Shown here: positions 29,865 to 49,944 of the stretch, in pieces
How the letters are laid out: each line of letters starts with the position of its first letter
Numbering within the stretch: position 1 is the first letter of the stretch
NCBI GenBank assembly: GCA_012295275.1
Contig: CM022679.1
Location: 27,652,001 to 27,716,000, forward strand
Origin: Chrysomallon squamiferum
Taxonomy: Eukaryota; Animalia; Mollusca
Length of the DNA stretch: 64,000 nucleotides
Direction of reading: 5' to 3'
The notes under the pieces: generated by a model
Told to the model about the DNA's origin: nothing
What the model saw: the letters and a program-made list of their open reading frames with translations, nothing else
The model's database searches: none
Made by a program: the position numbers and the translations under genes

Positions 29865-30208
29865 TCACAATGTGGAAGAAAAAGAGTAATAGGTTAACGG
29901 GCATTATTCACTGAAAGATGTTGTGTTTTTCATTAAAGTAAACTTTAAAATAATCCAAGAAGTTTAAAAAATGAAAGAACCATACTACGACGACTAAAAA
30001 GGTATTCCTTCAGAACGATAAATTTTACATTCATATCGAGAGCCGTGTCGTCTTTTACTTCAATATGTTTGTTCTGCCATTTTGACATTGATTTATTTTC
30101 GTAATCTTTTTTCTTTTTCTTCATTATAGACTTATCTTTTCTTTATTCTTTTCCATTTTATTTTTATCTCTTTAAGGCATTGATGTGAAGCATTTCTCCA
30201 AAATGAAC

Positions 30209-30253
<45 letters not shown>

Positions 30254-30761
30254 AATGAAATGACTGTCTCTAACGGAGATGATCTGTAAATTATGTAATT
30301 AAAACATGTCTGTTGATTTTTAGACAGAAGATGTATCTCTAATTTAATATTTATTGTCTAACTGCCTACGAATCTGAGTTGACAGAAAACTCAATAAAAA
30401 TATTTCCTTAATATTTTTAGTACATTTTGAAACGTAAAATATAAAATTGTATTAACAACATTTTGACCATCTAAATCGGTGGTTTTAATCATCATGAATA
30501 TTTATTATTAATTAAGCTTTGACATTTTTCTAACTGTTTTTGGTAATGTTTCGTCTCATTCAAATTCTGCATACTGTTACAATAAAAAAATACAATATTT
30601 TTCATAGTTTTTATGTAGCGAACCTTGATGGCGAATACCAACATCCTCGCTGTGAGTACAGTAATTATTTCTGAAACCAGGAAAACTACACTGTTCGACA
30701 GATGTTTCATTTCCTTCACATTTTACATTTATGAAAATAAAATACTGATAATGCTTACAGA

Positions 30762-30853
<92 letters not shown>

Positions 30854-30963
30854 TAGTTAAATTGTAAATGATTTTATGACTTTTTATCTAAATAGAATGA
30901 TAGAAATAGGTTAAAGAGATTCATAATAGACACTTAAGTGTTTTCATTACACAATATTTTATT

Positions 30964-31163
30964 NNNNNNNNNNNNNNNNNNNNNNNNNNNNNNNNNNNNN
31001 NNNNNNNNNNNNNNNNNNNNNNNNNNNNNNNNNNNNNNNNNNNNNNNNNNNNNNNNNNNNNNNNNNNNNNNNNNNNNNNNNNNNNNNNNNNNNNNNNNNN
31101 NNNNNNNNNNNNNNNNNNNNNNNNNNNNNNNNNNNNNNNNNNNNNNNNNNNNNNNNNNNNNNN
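30964..31163. other. Assembly gap (200 N)
   Basis: A run of exactly 200 N, typical of a fixed-size scaffolding join. Confidence 0.99.
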
Positions 31164-32261
31164 CCCTAACCCTAACCCTAACCCCAACCCCAACCCCAAC
31201 CCCAACCCCAACCCCAACCCCCAACCCCCCAACCCTAACCCCTAACCCCCTAACCCTAACCCCAACCCTCCCCAACCCTAACCCCAACCCTAACCCTAAC
31301 CCTAACCCCTAACCCTAACCCTAACCCCTACCCCAACCCTAACCCTAACCCCAACCCCAACCCCAACCCCTAACCCTAACCCTAACCCCAACCCCTAACC
31401 CTAACCCTAACCCTAACCCTAACCCTAACCCTAACCCCAACCCCCTAACCCTAACCCTAACCCTAACCCTAACCCTAACCCTAACCCCTAACTCCTAACC
31501 CTAACCCTAACCCTAACCCTAACCCTCCTAACCCTTAACCCTAACCCTAACTCCTAACTCCTAACCCTAACCCTAACCCTAACCCTAACCCTAACCCTAA
31601 CCCTAACCCTAACCCTAACCCCAACCCTAACCCTAACCCCTAACCCTAACCCTAACCCTAACCCTAACCCCAACCCTAACCCTAACCCCCCTAACCCTAA
31701 CCCTAACCCCTAACCCTAACCCTAACCCCTAACCCTAACCCCCTAACCCTAACCCTAACCCCTAACCCTAACCCTAACCCTAACCCTAACCCCTAACCCT
31801 AACCCTAACCCTAACCCCTAACCCTAACCCCTAACCCTAACCCTAACCCTAACCCTAACCCCAACCCTAACCCCTAACCCTAACCCCAACCCTAACCCTA
31901 ACCCCAACCCCAACCCTAACCCTAACCCCTAACCCCAACCCTAACCCCTAACCCTAACCCTAACCCTAACCCTAACCCCTAACCCTAACCCCTAACCCTA
32001 ACCCTAACCCTAACCCTAACCCTAACCCTAACCCTAACCCTAACCCCTAACCCTAACCCTAACCCCTAACCCTAACCCTAACCCTAACCCTAACCCTAAC
32101 CCTAACCCTAACCCTAACCCTAACCCTAACCCTAACCCTAACCCTAACCCTAACCCTAACCCTAACCCTAACCCTAACCCTAACCCTAACCCTAACCCTA
32201 ACCCTAACCCTAACCCTAACCCTAACCCTAACCCTAACCCTAACCCTAACCCTAACCCTAA
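31164..32261 (-). repeat. Telomeric repeat array (CCCTAA)n = (TTAGGG)n on - strand
   Basis: ~1.1 kb. Distal part is interspersed with CCCCAA/CCCCTAA; pure from ~32070. C-strand on + at a contig start is the polarity of a left chromosome end. Confidence 0.98.
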
Positions 32262-33050
32262 CCCTGACCCTGACCCTGACCCTGACCCTAACCCTGTGAC
32301 CCTGTAACCCTAACCCTAACCCTAACCCTGACCCTGACCCTGACCCTGACCCCTAACCCTGACCCCTAACCCCTGACCCCTTAACCCTGACCCTAACCCT
32401 GACCCTGACCCCAACCCTGACCCCTGACCCTGACCCTGACCCTGACCCCCACCTGACCCTAACCCTGACCCCTGACCCTGACCCTGACCCTGACCCTGAC
32501 CCTGACCCTGACCCTGACCCTGACCCTGACCCTGACCCTGACCCTGACCCTGACCCTGACTCCTGACTGACCCTGACCCTGACCCCAACCCTGACCCTTA
32601 GACCCTGACCCTGACCCTGACCCTGACCCCTGACTGACCCTGACTCCCCTGACCCTGACCTGACTGACCTGACCCTACCCTTACCCCTAGACCCCTGACC
32701 TGACCTGACCCTGACCCTGACCCTGATTGACCCCTGACCCCTCACCCTTGACCCTGACCCTGACCCTGACCCTGACCCTGACCCTGACCCTGACCCTGAC
32801 CCTGACCCTGACCCTGACCCTGACCCTGACCCTGACCCTGACCCTGACCCTGACCCTGACCCTGACCCTGACCCTGACCCTGACCCTGACCCTGACCCTG
32901 ACCCCTGACCCGGTAGACCCCTGACCTGACCCTGACCCGGACCCTGACCCTGACCCTGACCCTGACCCTGACCCTGACCCTGACCCTGACCCTGACCCTC
33001 ACCCTGACCCTCACCCTGACCCTGACCCTAACCCTAACCCTAACCCTAAC
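32262..33050 (-). repeat. Telomere variant repeat zone (CCCTGA)n = (TCAGGG)n, ending in four canonical CCCTAA
   Basis: First CCCTGA at 32262, pure blocks at ~32475-32560 and ~32752-32900, canonical units at 33026-33049. Confidence 0.97.
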
Positions 33051-35050
33051 GTGGCAAAAATGATTACCAGTAGTACTGTCACTTATATATCTGTGTATGC
33101 GATGTATACTGGTAGTACTGCCAGTAATGTATATAGGTATACATTGATTACCAGTAGTACTGTCACTTATATATCTGTGTATGCGATGTATACTGGTAGT
33201 ACTGTCAGTAATGTATGTAGGTATACAATGATTACCGGTAGTACTGTCAGTAATGTATGTAGGTATACAATGATTACCGGTAGTACTGTCCGTAATGTAT
33301 GTAGGTATACAATGATTACCGGTAGTACTGTCAGTAATGTATGTAGGTATACAATGATTACCGGTAGTACTGTCCGTAATGTATGTAGGTATACAATGAT
33401 TACCGGTAGTACTGTCCGTAATGTATGTAGGTATACAATGATTACCGGTAGTACTGTCAGTAATGTATGTAGGTATACAATGATTACCGGTAGTACTGTC
33501 AGTAATGTATGTAGGTATACAATGATTACCGGTAGTACTGTCAGTAATGTATGTAGGTATACAATGATTACCGGTAGTACTGTCAGTAATGTATTTAGGT
33601 ATACAATGATTACCGGTAGTACTGTCAGTAATGTATTTAGGTATACAATGATTACCGGTAGTACTGTCAGTAATGTATGTAGGTATACAATGATTACCGG
33701 TAGTACTCTCATTAATGTGTGTAGGTATACAATGATTACCAGTTGTACTGTCAATAATGTGTGTAGGTATACAATGATTACCAGTAGTACTGTCAGTAAT
33801 GTCTGTAGGTATACAATGATTACCGGTAGTACTCTCATTAATGTGTGTAGGTATACAATGATTACCAGTAGTACTGTCAGTAATGTCTGTAGGTATACAA
33901 TGATTACCGGTAGTACTCTCATTAATGTGTGTAGGTATACAATGATTGCCGGTAGTACTCTCATTAATGTGTGTAGGTATACAATGATTACCAGTTGTAC
34001 TGTCAGTAATGTATGTAGATATACAATGATTACCAGTAGTACTGTCAGTAATGTATGTAGGTATATAATGATTACCAGTAGTACTGTCAGTAATGTATGT
34101 AGGTATACAATGATTACCGGTAGTACTGTCAGTAATGTATGTAGGTATACAATGATTACCGGTAGTACTGTCAGTAATGTATGTAGGTATACAATGATTA
34201 CCGGTAGTACTGTCAGTAATGTATGTAGGTATACAATGATTACCGGTAGTACTGTCAGTAATGTATGTAGGTATACAATGATTACCGGTAGTACTGTCAG
34301 TAATGTATGTAGGTATACAATGATTACCGGTAGTACTGTCAGTAATGTGTGTATGTATACAATGATTACCAGTAGAACTGTCAGTAATGTATGTAGGTAT
34401 ACAATGATTACCGGTAGTACTCTCACTTATATACCTATGTATACGATGAATACTGGTTGTACTCAGTAATGTATGTAGGTATACAGTGATTACCAGTAGT
34501 ACTCTCACTTATATAGCTATGTATATGATGAATACTGGTTGTACTGTCAGTAATGTATGTAGGTATACAATGATTACCGGTAGTACTCTCACTTATATAG
34601 CTATGTATACGATGAATACTGGTTGTACTGTCAGTAATGTATGTAGGTATACAATGATTACCGGTAGTACTCTCACTTATATAGCTATGTATACGATGAA
34701 TACTGGTTGTACTGTCAGTAATGTATGTAGGTATACAATGATTAACTGTAGTATCGTCACTTATGTATTTAGGTATACGATGATTGCCACTAATGTATGT
34801 ATGTATAAGGTGATTATTGATAGAACTGACGCTCTAATGGACGTATAAGGTGAGTACCAGTAGTACTGTCACTAAAGTATGTATAAAGGTGATTTACTGG
34901 TAGTACAGTCAATAAATTCGTGTATTTATTAGGTGATTACAGATAGTACTGTCATTATAATATACGTAAGGTGAGTACTGGTAGAACAATCACCAGTGTG
35001 TATATGTTTAAGGTAGTTACCAGTATTACTGGTATTGTTCTCAGTAATAT
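33051..35050. repeat. Subtelomeric 42-bp tandem satellite (~40 well-conserved copies to ~34750, then decaying)
   Basis: Unit AGTAATGTATGTAGGTATACAATGATTACCGGTAGTACTGTC; directly abuts the telomeric tract. It explains the 14-aa periodic ORFs. Confidence 0.97.
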
Positions 35051-35616
35051 AAGTAGGAATGATACTAATATGAAAAGTTATGAGAAATGTCTTTTTCAAA
35101 CAATTATTATAATTAGCGTGTGTTTTTGTATGTGACTGAACTTATTAGTGATTTTGTTTCTTGTTGTTGTCGCTGTTCTTCTTGTTGTTGTCTTTCTTAC
35201 AGTTTTTTGCTGTTGTTGTATTGTGGGTTTTTTTTTTGGGGGGAGGTATTATAAAATTATTCTGCGTATAATTACAACAAAAATAAGAATGAAACAAGTG
35301 TCACTGAACCTCTTTATTCGACGGATAAGAACTGTGTTTAAATATGACGTCACCTTTTTATCATAAATATCCACTGCATGATTGCTTAGATCCCATGTGA
35401 CAGTGTTATTTTAACTTACCAGTGTGTAGTCGAGTTTGTTTCGTTTTTTTTTTTGTTTTTTTTTGGTAGGTTGGTTTTTGATGTTGTTGTTTTGTTTTTG
35501 TTGGGTCAGTCTTACAAATAGGAGGAGAGAACAGAAAGAATTATGAAATAATATAAGAATCAGTAAAAATGGTCTTAGATATGCAAAATGTCGCTACCGA
35601 GAATGATATGCCTTGA

Positions 35617-41412
<5,796 letters not shown>

Positions 41413-42222
41413 CGCTTAAAAGTTTAAAATGTATATACAGTTGTTTTTTTCCTTTTCGTGAAAAATTCCTGTTTTTAATTCACTAATTAAATGAGATGAA
41501 TGCACACTTGAAAACAAAAGCTTCACTTGGAATCTAAGATCAAACATTACATAGTTGTTTTCTCGTCGACAGCAACTTTATTCAGCGAAAAGACAAACGT
41601 GAAGAATATAGAAGAAATTTACTATTGGCTATTTATTTAGTCGATGGAAACAGAGAAACGAAACGAGAGAGTTGATTCGGCCGTGTACTGCGGGCCTGGT
41701 CGATGGAAGATTGACATCTGAGAATTCACATTTGTCAGTGGCTTACAGTACGTATATGTCTGAGCATGTTCCAACTCAACACTGACAAGTCTGTCACACG
41801 TACGATAACGAATTACTTAATCAAAATATGCAGAGATCTTTAGTATTCAACCACCAAGCTAAGGCGTTTTTTATGAAAACGTCTGCTATCTACACCTATA
41901 TATATCCGTATACTGTAATGGCCTCCTTTCACCTTACAACTACTTCAGTAACGTCACATTAGAAATTAGCAGCTGCTTTCCAAGGTGAATGGCAGAGTTT
42001 ACCCTCGTCAACAGTATGAATCTGTGTGCTGACGTGATCGCTAGAGACAGACATCAACTGACATTCAGTTTTACATCGTCTGTCGTGTTTTCATAGCTCA
42101 ATGAAGTTTAACCTCTGATCTCTTTTAAACCTAAAAATCATTTATCTGGAATTTACTGTAACTGTATTCATGTTGAGCACATCTTAAATTATTAAGTGAT
42201 TTCGAGACAGCTACAAATTAAC

Positions 42223-42279
<57 letters not shown>

Positions 42280-43580
42280 TAAAGAAAAAATACATTTCGA
42301 CATCAGTATTAACAAAATGGAATAGATCCTAATAATTATCTCTGTAAACGTAAATTAAATAAATCGGCGCTGAAAGATGACCACCATTAACTTGAAACAA
42401 TTTCGTCAATTCCAAAAACAAAATAACAAAAATAACAAACAATCGATGACATCGGCAGAACATTAACAGATACAAAACAATGGCTTTCTAAACTATTAGT
42501 TGTTCCCAGAAATAAAACTATAAAGCTATAAATCAGATACATGTTATTCATATTACGCCGAGTTTGGATAGTTCCTGACGTTTACGGACGTAATTTCATT
42601 TACACGTAATAAAACTAAGAATTTAGAGCCAGAGTATTCTAATAACAGCTAATTTTATTATGGTTTTCCTCTTATTTCCAGAAAAAGATAATCACCAGCA
42701 CAGTTCTCTTGAATGTCAGAGTTTTTATTGTGTATGTACGTGCGTGTGTGGATTTGCTGTGACTTAAGTTTGACAAGAATGTAAAACTCTGTTGGTGTTA
42801 ATAAGAAGAACAATAATAATAATGCACGTGAATATGTATGTGTGCACTAACGCATACATATGATGTTTCTATTCCAAGAAGTTAGATAGCAAACCTATTC
42901 AAAATAAAGATATATAAATCAATGTTCGTTTTAAATAATAAATTAATGTTTTCTATTTTTCTAATGAATAACCATAACATTTCAAGACTAATATCAGAAT
43001 ACATTTTTGAAAAAAAAATGTGTGAAGAATCTGATCTGATGTTTGGTTGATATTATAGATTCGTTTTTACTTGTTTGTGTGAATGTGCATGTTGTAACAT
43101 CATTCATTCCTATGTTTCAAAATAATGTTAATCAATTCCTAAAACAGAGTCTCAAATATAATCCGTTGTTTGAAAAAGAAATAACGCATACAGACCATTC
43201 TTGTGTTAATATTTAATTTTACGACATTAGTAATGCGATTAATATATGTTATGATATATCAAGGTTCTGCAATGTAAATAGAGATAAAATTCATTCTAAT
43301 TTTCCTCAGTTTTGTGCTCACAAAATATAATGCCGTGTTTTAATCAGTCTGTTTAACATGTTGTTGTTGGGTTGTTGTTGTTTTGTGTGGGTTTTTTTGG
43401 TGGGGCGTATTTTATGTAAATTTTGTTACACCTTATTATGATTAATTACTTGTTAAATAGAAGATAAGTACGTTCGTGCTTTCGTTTCAAACAGGTGTCA
43501 ATGGCCGGGGAATGAGTCCAGGGTTCTAGCAGCCTGTTAGGAGAACTGATCAGCTGCATGCTGGACTCAGTATGAAACAT

Positions 43581-43815
43581 AGGGGCGGATCCGTGACAAA
43601 AAGGGCACCATAACATTATTGAAAAATTATATACGGTTCACAGGGACCGTAATATAATAATGCTACAACAGGACACTGCCAGATGTATTCTAATCCATAC
43701 ATTTACTGAAAATGCCAATATTTTAAAAAAGAATGCTAAAAATTCTAAATAAAAGGGGCACTTCTCAAATTTGCGAGGGTCCGAACACCTTGGACCCCCC
43801 TCTAGGTCCGCCCAA
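43581..43815. mobile_element. Short MITE-like element with GC-rich terminal inverted repeats
   Basis: AGGGGCGGATCC at 43581 and GGTCCGCCC at 43805-43813 flank ~210 bp in AT-rich DNA. No clear TSD; superfamily not established. Confidence 0.5.
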
Positions 43816-43865
43816 GTACATCAACAACGTCATAAATTCTGTGTTTGTTTATATATAACCAATGG

Positions 43866-43910
<45 letters not shown>

Positions 43911-44745
43911 TACAACGTTTTCACAATGCCTTTCACATCAAGGATATTTTATATAATTTTTGCTTTCTTGTTATTAAAGTTAGCGAATAAAGCATGTGTA
44001 TAACAAGTTTTATTACTTTTAGTTTATTTTCTCTAATTTTTCTTCTTCTTCTTTTTCATTTTCCTTTCTTTTTGTCTGTCTGTCTTCCTTTATTTTTTTA
44101 TTTATTATTTAATGTATTTATTTTGTGGAGATGGGCTTATTCGGGGATTTGAAATCAATTCTTTAACCACGTGCTAAATCAAGATTTATTAATTTTTTAT
44201 TAATTTATTTATTTTGTTTTATTTTATTCATGTATGTATCTTTTTAATTATTATTATTAAAATTATTATCTTTATTATTTTTATTTACTACAACGACGAC
44301 GACGACGACGATTATTATTATTATTATAATGTTTAAATTGTTTTCAATAAAATGAGTCTTTCCCTGGTTAATTAGGAAAGGAAAAGACAAAGAAACCAGA
44401 TAGACAAGCACTAAAAAGAAATGAATCTAAAACTACAAGCGATGAACACAGAGATGCGTGCTAAACATCAATGGGAACTGTTAAAACTTGCACAGCAATA
44501 CTTAACGTTAGCTCACTGAACTTCGCATGTGTGCCTCAATTATTTGTCTCCCATTCCGCTATTTGTTGAATGTGTCAAGCCAAGTGCTACTTTTGTTGCA
44601 GTTATCTTCTAATGTTCTCGTCGACCACTCACGTCTCAAATGGTGAGGTCTTCACCCAATTACTTTCCTAACTTATATTTTGCTTTGTCACCACCTAAAC
44701 AAACAATAATTTCTTTGTTTCTTTTTTCTATTGTTTTCTTTTTTT

Positions 44746-44796
<51 letters not shown>

Positions 44797-44878
44797 TATT
44801 TATTTATTTATTTATATTTATTTATTTATTTTTTAAAACATTTTTGGGACGAGGTTTTTTGTGTTCTAAATTTACTAT

Positions 44879-44987
<109 letters not shown>

Positions 44988-45271
44988 TATAACTGGCAGT
45001 ATTCGAAACAAAACCGTTTAATGTTTAGAGAAAGGCACTTCGGTGTTTAAAGAAATTATAATTTTTTTATCAGAGATATGTTAACATTGTTTTAAAGAAA
45101 CTAGAAGTACTGGGCAATGATTACTGCTGTTGGAAAAATTATAACTGTATTTTGAAAAAAAATTATTATTTTGTAATTAGAGAAATTATTAATTTTGTAT
45201 TTGGAGAAATTATAATTTTGCTTTCAGAAGTATATGGAAATGATAAGTGTTTTTAGAGAACTAATATTTCT

Positions 45272-45680
45272 GAATTTAGAGAAATGATAACTTTGTATTT
45301 AGAGAAATGCTAACTTTGTATTTAGAGAGACGATAACTTTGTATTTAGAGAGAAGATCTCTTTGTATTTAGAGAAAAGGATAATTTTTTATTTAGAGCAA
45401 TCATAACTTTGTAATTAGAGAAATGATAATTTGGTATTTAGAGACATTATAACTTTGTATTTAGAGAGATGATAACTTTGTATATAGAGAAATTCGAAGT
45501 TTATATTTAGAGAGATGTTAACTTTGCATTTAAAGAAATTCTAACTTTGTATTTACAGAAATTCTAACTTTGTATTTACAGAAATTCTAATTTTGTATTT
45601 AGAGAAATGATAACTTTGTATTTACAGAAATTCTAACTTTGTATTTAGAGAAATGATGATTTCGTATTCAGAGAGATGAT
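45272..45680. repeat. 23-bp minisatellite
   Basis: Unit AGAGAAATGATAACTTTGTATTT, ~17 diverged copies. Confidence 0.9.
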
Positions 45681-47224
45681 GAAGTGTTTCTGTGATGGCA
45701 GACCAGCACTCGGGAGAATTGATCTGACCAAAGTCAGTTTATCTATAAATGCGTCCGAGCTCATCTCTTTCCGGTAATTAACATAGCACAGCTGTTTGAC
45801 CAAAAGAAGGAAGTCGCAGTCGTTGTAGTTGACTGGACATCGTCCATCTTGTAGTAGCAGTTGTTAATTAACGTCAGCTGAGAGGGATATCTTTTCATCT
45901 CTGTAAAGGAATACTTCGTTGACAACGCTTGAGTACTCAGGGACATCACAGATACAGTTGCAAAAATGAGTTATCAGTTGTTTGTTTTCGTTTTATTAGC
46001 AGATAAATAGTCGGACCCCAAAACAGCTGTAAGATGGAAGCATATGCAATACATTTAAGCCATCATTTTTTTGTTCCACATATACACTTAATGGAAATAT
46101 TTGTATTATAATGTTCTTGTAGTTGGTTGGTTGTTGTTTAATATTGTTTTTTTTGATTTTATATATTATTTTATTTTAAGTCTAATATTTCTACCAGTAT
46201 TATATTTCTACTGTTATATTTCTACTGTTATATTTCTATTGTTAAATTTCCAGTATTATATTTCTAATATTATATTTCCAGTATTATATTTCTAATGTTA
46301 TATTTCTGTTGTTATATTTCCAGTATTATATTTCTAATGTAATATTTTTATTTTTTCATATTTTGCTGCTTTGTTTTAGAACCGTCAGTTAATTTTACAA
46401 GTTGGAGAAGAACTCAGTTTGAAGCAATTAATTCCTTCTCGGTATTATAGTATTTTCTACATTTATTCTCTGGTGAAAAATCACCAGGTGTGAGGGGACC
46501 TTAAGAAAGTCAGTGTGTTAAAAAGAAAAACAAGCCTCTCCTGACATATTAATCGATCGTGTTGCCATTTACCAAGATAGGAAGATAAAACGTAATTTTC
46601 ACGTTAGACAGAGTGTGTCGTGTCATAAATATTTGATTCTTAGAAAATTAACCTCGGCGCAAACTAGAATGAAAATGTTTAGTAAAAACATTCGGAATAT
46701 TAAAGACTAAAAGAAAAAGTTTAGTAACAAGAAAATTGTGAATACTAAAAACCAAAAGAAAAATTTTACCAAAATACGTTTTGAACATTAAAAACTGAAC
46801 ATATTTCATTCTTATTTTTCTTCTTTTTCTTTGTGGTCACAGTTTTCGGTTAGTTTCACTTTGTATCTCTGTCGATCTAAGTCTCTATATGACTCGCCGC
46901 TGTTCCATTAAAATGATTTATTGTAAGAAATTCGTTACAGAGAAGTAGAGGAAAGCAAAAGTGACATACAGACGCACATATATTTATATATGCTCATTCC
47001 ATTTTATATAAACATACAAAAACATATACACGTTTAGATATATAACTATATATCACACATCACGTACATGAACATTCAGATACATAAACAAGCCCACAGA
47101 CGCACACAGACGCACACACACATACACTCATATATGCACACATACATACATACACGTAGAGAAAAACATACTGATACACATGCAGCGTGCCAGATTATAA
47201 ATATTGGATCCGTAGTGGCTAATG

Positions 47225-47700
47225 TGTATCTGTTTAATACATTGTGTATAATACATGTTTCATAACTGTTTAATACATGTTTAATATCTGTTTAATGTCT
47301 GTTTAATATCTGTATAACATATGTTTAACATAATTATGTTTAATATATGTTTAATTTCTGTTTAATATCTGTATAATACAGATTTAATTTCTGTATAATA
47401 TCTGTTTAATACATGTTTAATGTCTGTTTAATATCTGTATTAAATCTATTTAACATAATTATGTTTAATACATGTTTAATACATATTTGATATCTGTTTA
47501 ATATCTGTTTAATATAAGAAATATCTGTTTTTAATATCTGTTTAATACACATTTAGTTTCTGTTTAATATCTCTTTAACATAAGATTAATATATTTATAA
47601 TATCGGTTTAACATCTATTTAATACACGTTAAATACGTACTTAATACATGTTTAATACATGTTTAATTCCTTTTTAATATTTGATATAAGTTTAATAGAT
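47225..47700 (+). repeat. ~11-bp degenerate satellite (ATATCTGTTTA)n
   Basis: Direct periodicity; reverse complement of the array at 49945-50290. Confidence 0.85.
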
Positions 47701-48054
47701 ATTTCATAGTTGTTTGTTCTACACTAACACATTAAATCTGGGGGTTTTGTTTTACAGTTTTCAAAACTAGGTCAGTTGACAAAGCAAAGAAGAGACGATA
47801 AGGAAATGTGTTCAGTTAATGTTATAACGTTGTGTTTGTTGTAAAAAAAATCCTTGGGGAAGGATGTGAAATAAAATGACTGTATTTGTAGCACCGTGGT
47901 GAAAGAAAATACACATTACAATACGGCTAGCTAATATTTATCGTCTCCCTATAGACTACGTTTTACATTTAATTTCGCCTCCGAATTGTCTACCAAAAAA
48001 GTAGTTTTACTACTGTGAAACATTTTCATTTCTAGTGAAATTTGAGATGTAACT

Positions 48055-48331
48055 AAACTTTCATCAAGAATCATTTATTAGCTTTATATGTTGTGTAGAT
48101 GTAAATTCTTGTGAGTTTAAACTTTAAACTTTCATCAACAATCATTTATTAGCTTTATATGTTGTGTAGATGTAAATTCTTGTGAGTTTAAACTTTAAAC
48201 TTTCATCAACAATCATTTATTAGCTTTATATGTTGTGTAGATGTAAATTCTTGTGAGTTTAAACTTTAAACTTTCATCAACAATCATTTATTAGCTTTAT
48301 ATGTTGTGTAGATGTAAATTCTTGTGAGTTT
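48055..48331. repeat. 71-bp tandem repeat, ~4 copies
   Basis: Copies start at 48055, 48126, 48197 and 48268; nearly identical. Confidence 0.95.
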
Positions 48332-48892
48332 ATCGTGTAAGGTGCACGAGCGCTGAATCAAGAACTCAGTAAACTACACGACTGGCTTGTTACAAATTTG
48401 AGAATATTTACCTTTTTAAAAATGTCATGATTTTATATACATATATCTTTTTTTACTTTACAAAAGATATTGTTTTGAAGAGGAAATAAATTCTGGAAGT
48501 GGATATTTCATACAAAAATACCATAAATAAACTGAGACAAAAATAATGTATTATAAGAAGCAGTTAAATCATGTTTCAGTTCATTTACTTTCTGAAATGT
48601 TACATGAGAGATTTATGATCTAAATATGAGAATACTGTCAGACAGGATAACGTGAAGCAGTCTGTTAGCTGTATTTTCAAATTTTAAAACTTGGTGAATT
48701 GTATTATAATAACATGTTTATTTATTTATTTATTTATTTACTTATTATTATTATTATGATTATTATTATTATTATTCAAAATCTTTCTACAGTTCAAGAT
48801 TTAGAAGTCTATTGTAAACTTCAACATAAAGTTTTTCCAACAGACATTTATCCTAATAATTAAACATTATATAATATATATATAGAAAAACA

Positions 48893-49530
48893 CAAGTGTT
48901 GCCAGACATTCTCTAGACACAGAAAAAAAAAATGTTCCCAGTCATTCTACATAGAGAAAAATAAGTGTTCCCAGTCATTCTACACATAGAGAAAAATAAG
49001 TGTTCCCAGTCGTTCTCCACATAGAACAAAACAAAAACAAGTGTTCCCAGTCATTCTCCACATAGAAAAAAAAGGTGTTCCCAGTCGTTCTCCACATAAA
49101 AAAAGTGTTCCCAGTCATTCTCCACATACAAAATCAAAGTGTTCCCAGTCGTTCTCCACATAAAAAAAAGTGTTCGCAGTCATTCTCCACATAGAAAAAA
49201 AACAAGTGTTCCCAGTCATTCTCTACATAGAAAAAAAAAGTGTTCCCAGTCATTCTCTACATAGAAAAAACAAGTGTTCCCAGTCATTCTCTACATAGAA
49301 AAAACAAGTGTTCCCAGTCATTCTCCACATAGAAAAAAAACAAGTGTTCCCAGTCATTCTCTACATAGAAAAAAAAAGTGTTCCCAGTCATTCTCTACAT
49401 AGAAAAAACAAGTGTTCCCAGTCATTCTCTACATAGAAAAAACAAGTGTTCCCAGTCATTCTCTACATAGAAAAAACAAGTGTTCCCAGTCATTCTCCAC
49501 ATAGAAAAAAAGAAAAGTGTTTCCAGTTAT
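48893..49530. repeat. Minisatellite of ~35-42 bp (GTGTTCCCAGTCATTCTCYACATAG plus A-rich tail)
   Basis: ~16-17 copies; length variation is confined to the A tract. Confidence 0.93.
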
Positions 49531-49683
49531 CCTCGCTGTCTGCCCGGTTTCCCGTAAAACATATTTTTACATAGCACCGGATTTCCGAAATTTAAAAGTT
49601 TCAGCTTTCCGAAATCACTGTCCTTACTTTTCGACAAGCACGATCAGCTCACTTTAATGAGGTTAGTCTAGTTGTATTGTGTT

Positions 49684-49857
49684 AGCGCATGTTTTGGTAT
49701 TGAATCAGAGCATTTTGTTTATCTTAGATTTTGATCATATTTTCTCAGCGCATGTTTTGGTATTGAATCAGAGCATTTTGTTTATGTTAGATTTTTATCA
49801 TATTTTCTCAGCGCATGTTTTGGTATTGAATCAGAGCATTTTGTTTATCTTAGATTC
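49684..49857. repeat. 63-bp tandem repeat, ~2.7 copies
   Basis: AGCGCATGTTTTGGTATTGAATCAGAGC recurs every 63 bp. Confidence 0.9.
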
Positions 49858-49944
49858 TCCGCATACAGTGTGAACTGTGAGTGGCATAAACTGACTGCGT
49901 ATTCTTACGTCATTCGTGCTGTTTTGATCTTCAACATTGCAGTG

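Noticed and set aside
30921-32924. GLGL/VRVR/GQGQ/LTLT ORFs
   Set aside because: Translations of telomeric hexamers and the N gap.
32742-34848. 588-, 472-, 419- and 120-aa ORFs
   Set aside because: A 42-bp unit lacking stops in several frames on both strands; the ORFs run into telomere repeats and have no unique domain.
45761-45949. 62-aa - strand ORF in a more GC-balanced patch
   Set aside because: No recognisable homology or complete exon boundaries. It could be a GPCR 5'UTR exon, but this is unsupported.
48893-49530. CRISPR-like look (constant ~25-bp repeat with variable gaps)
   Set aside because: The gaps are short poly-A variants, not unique spacers; eukaryotic context with no cas genes.
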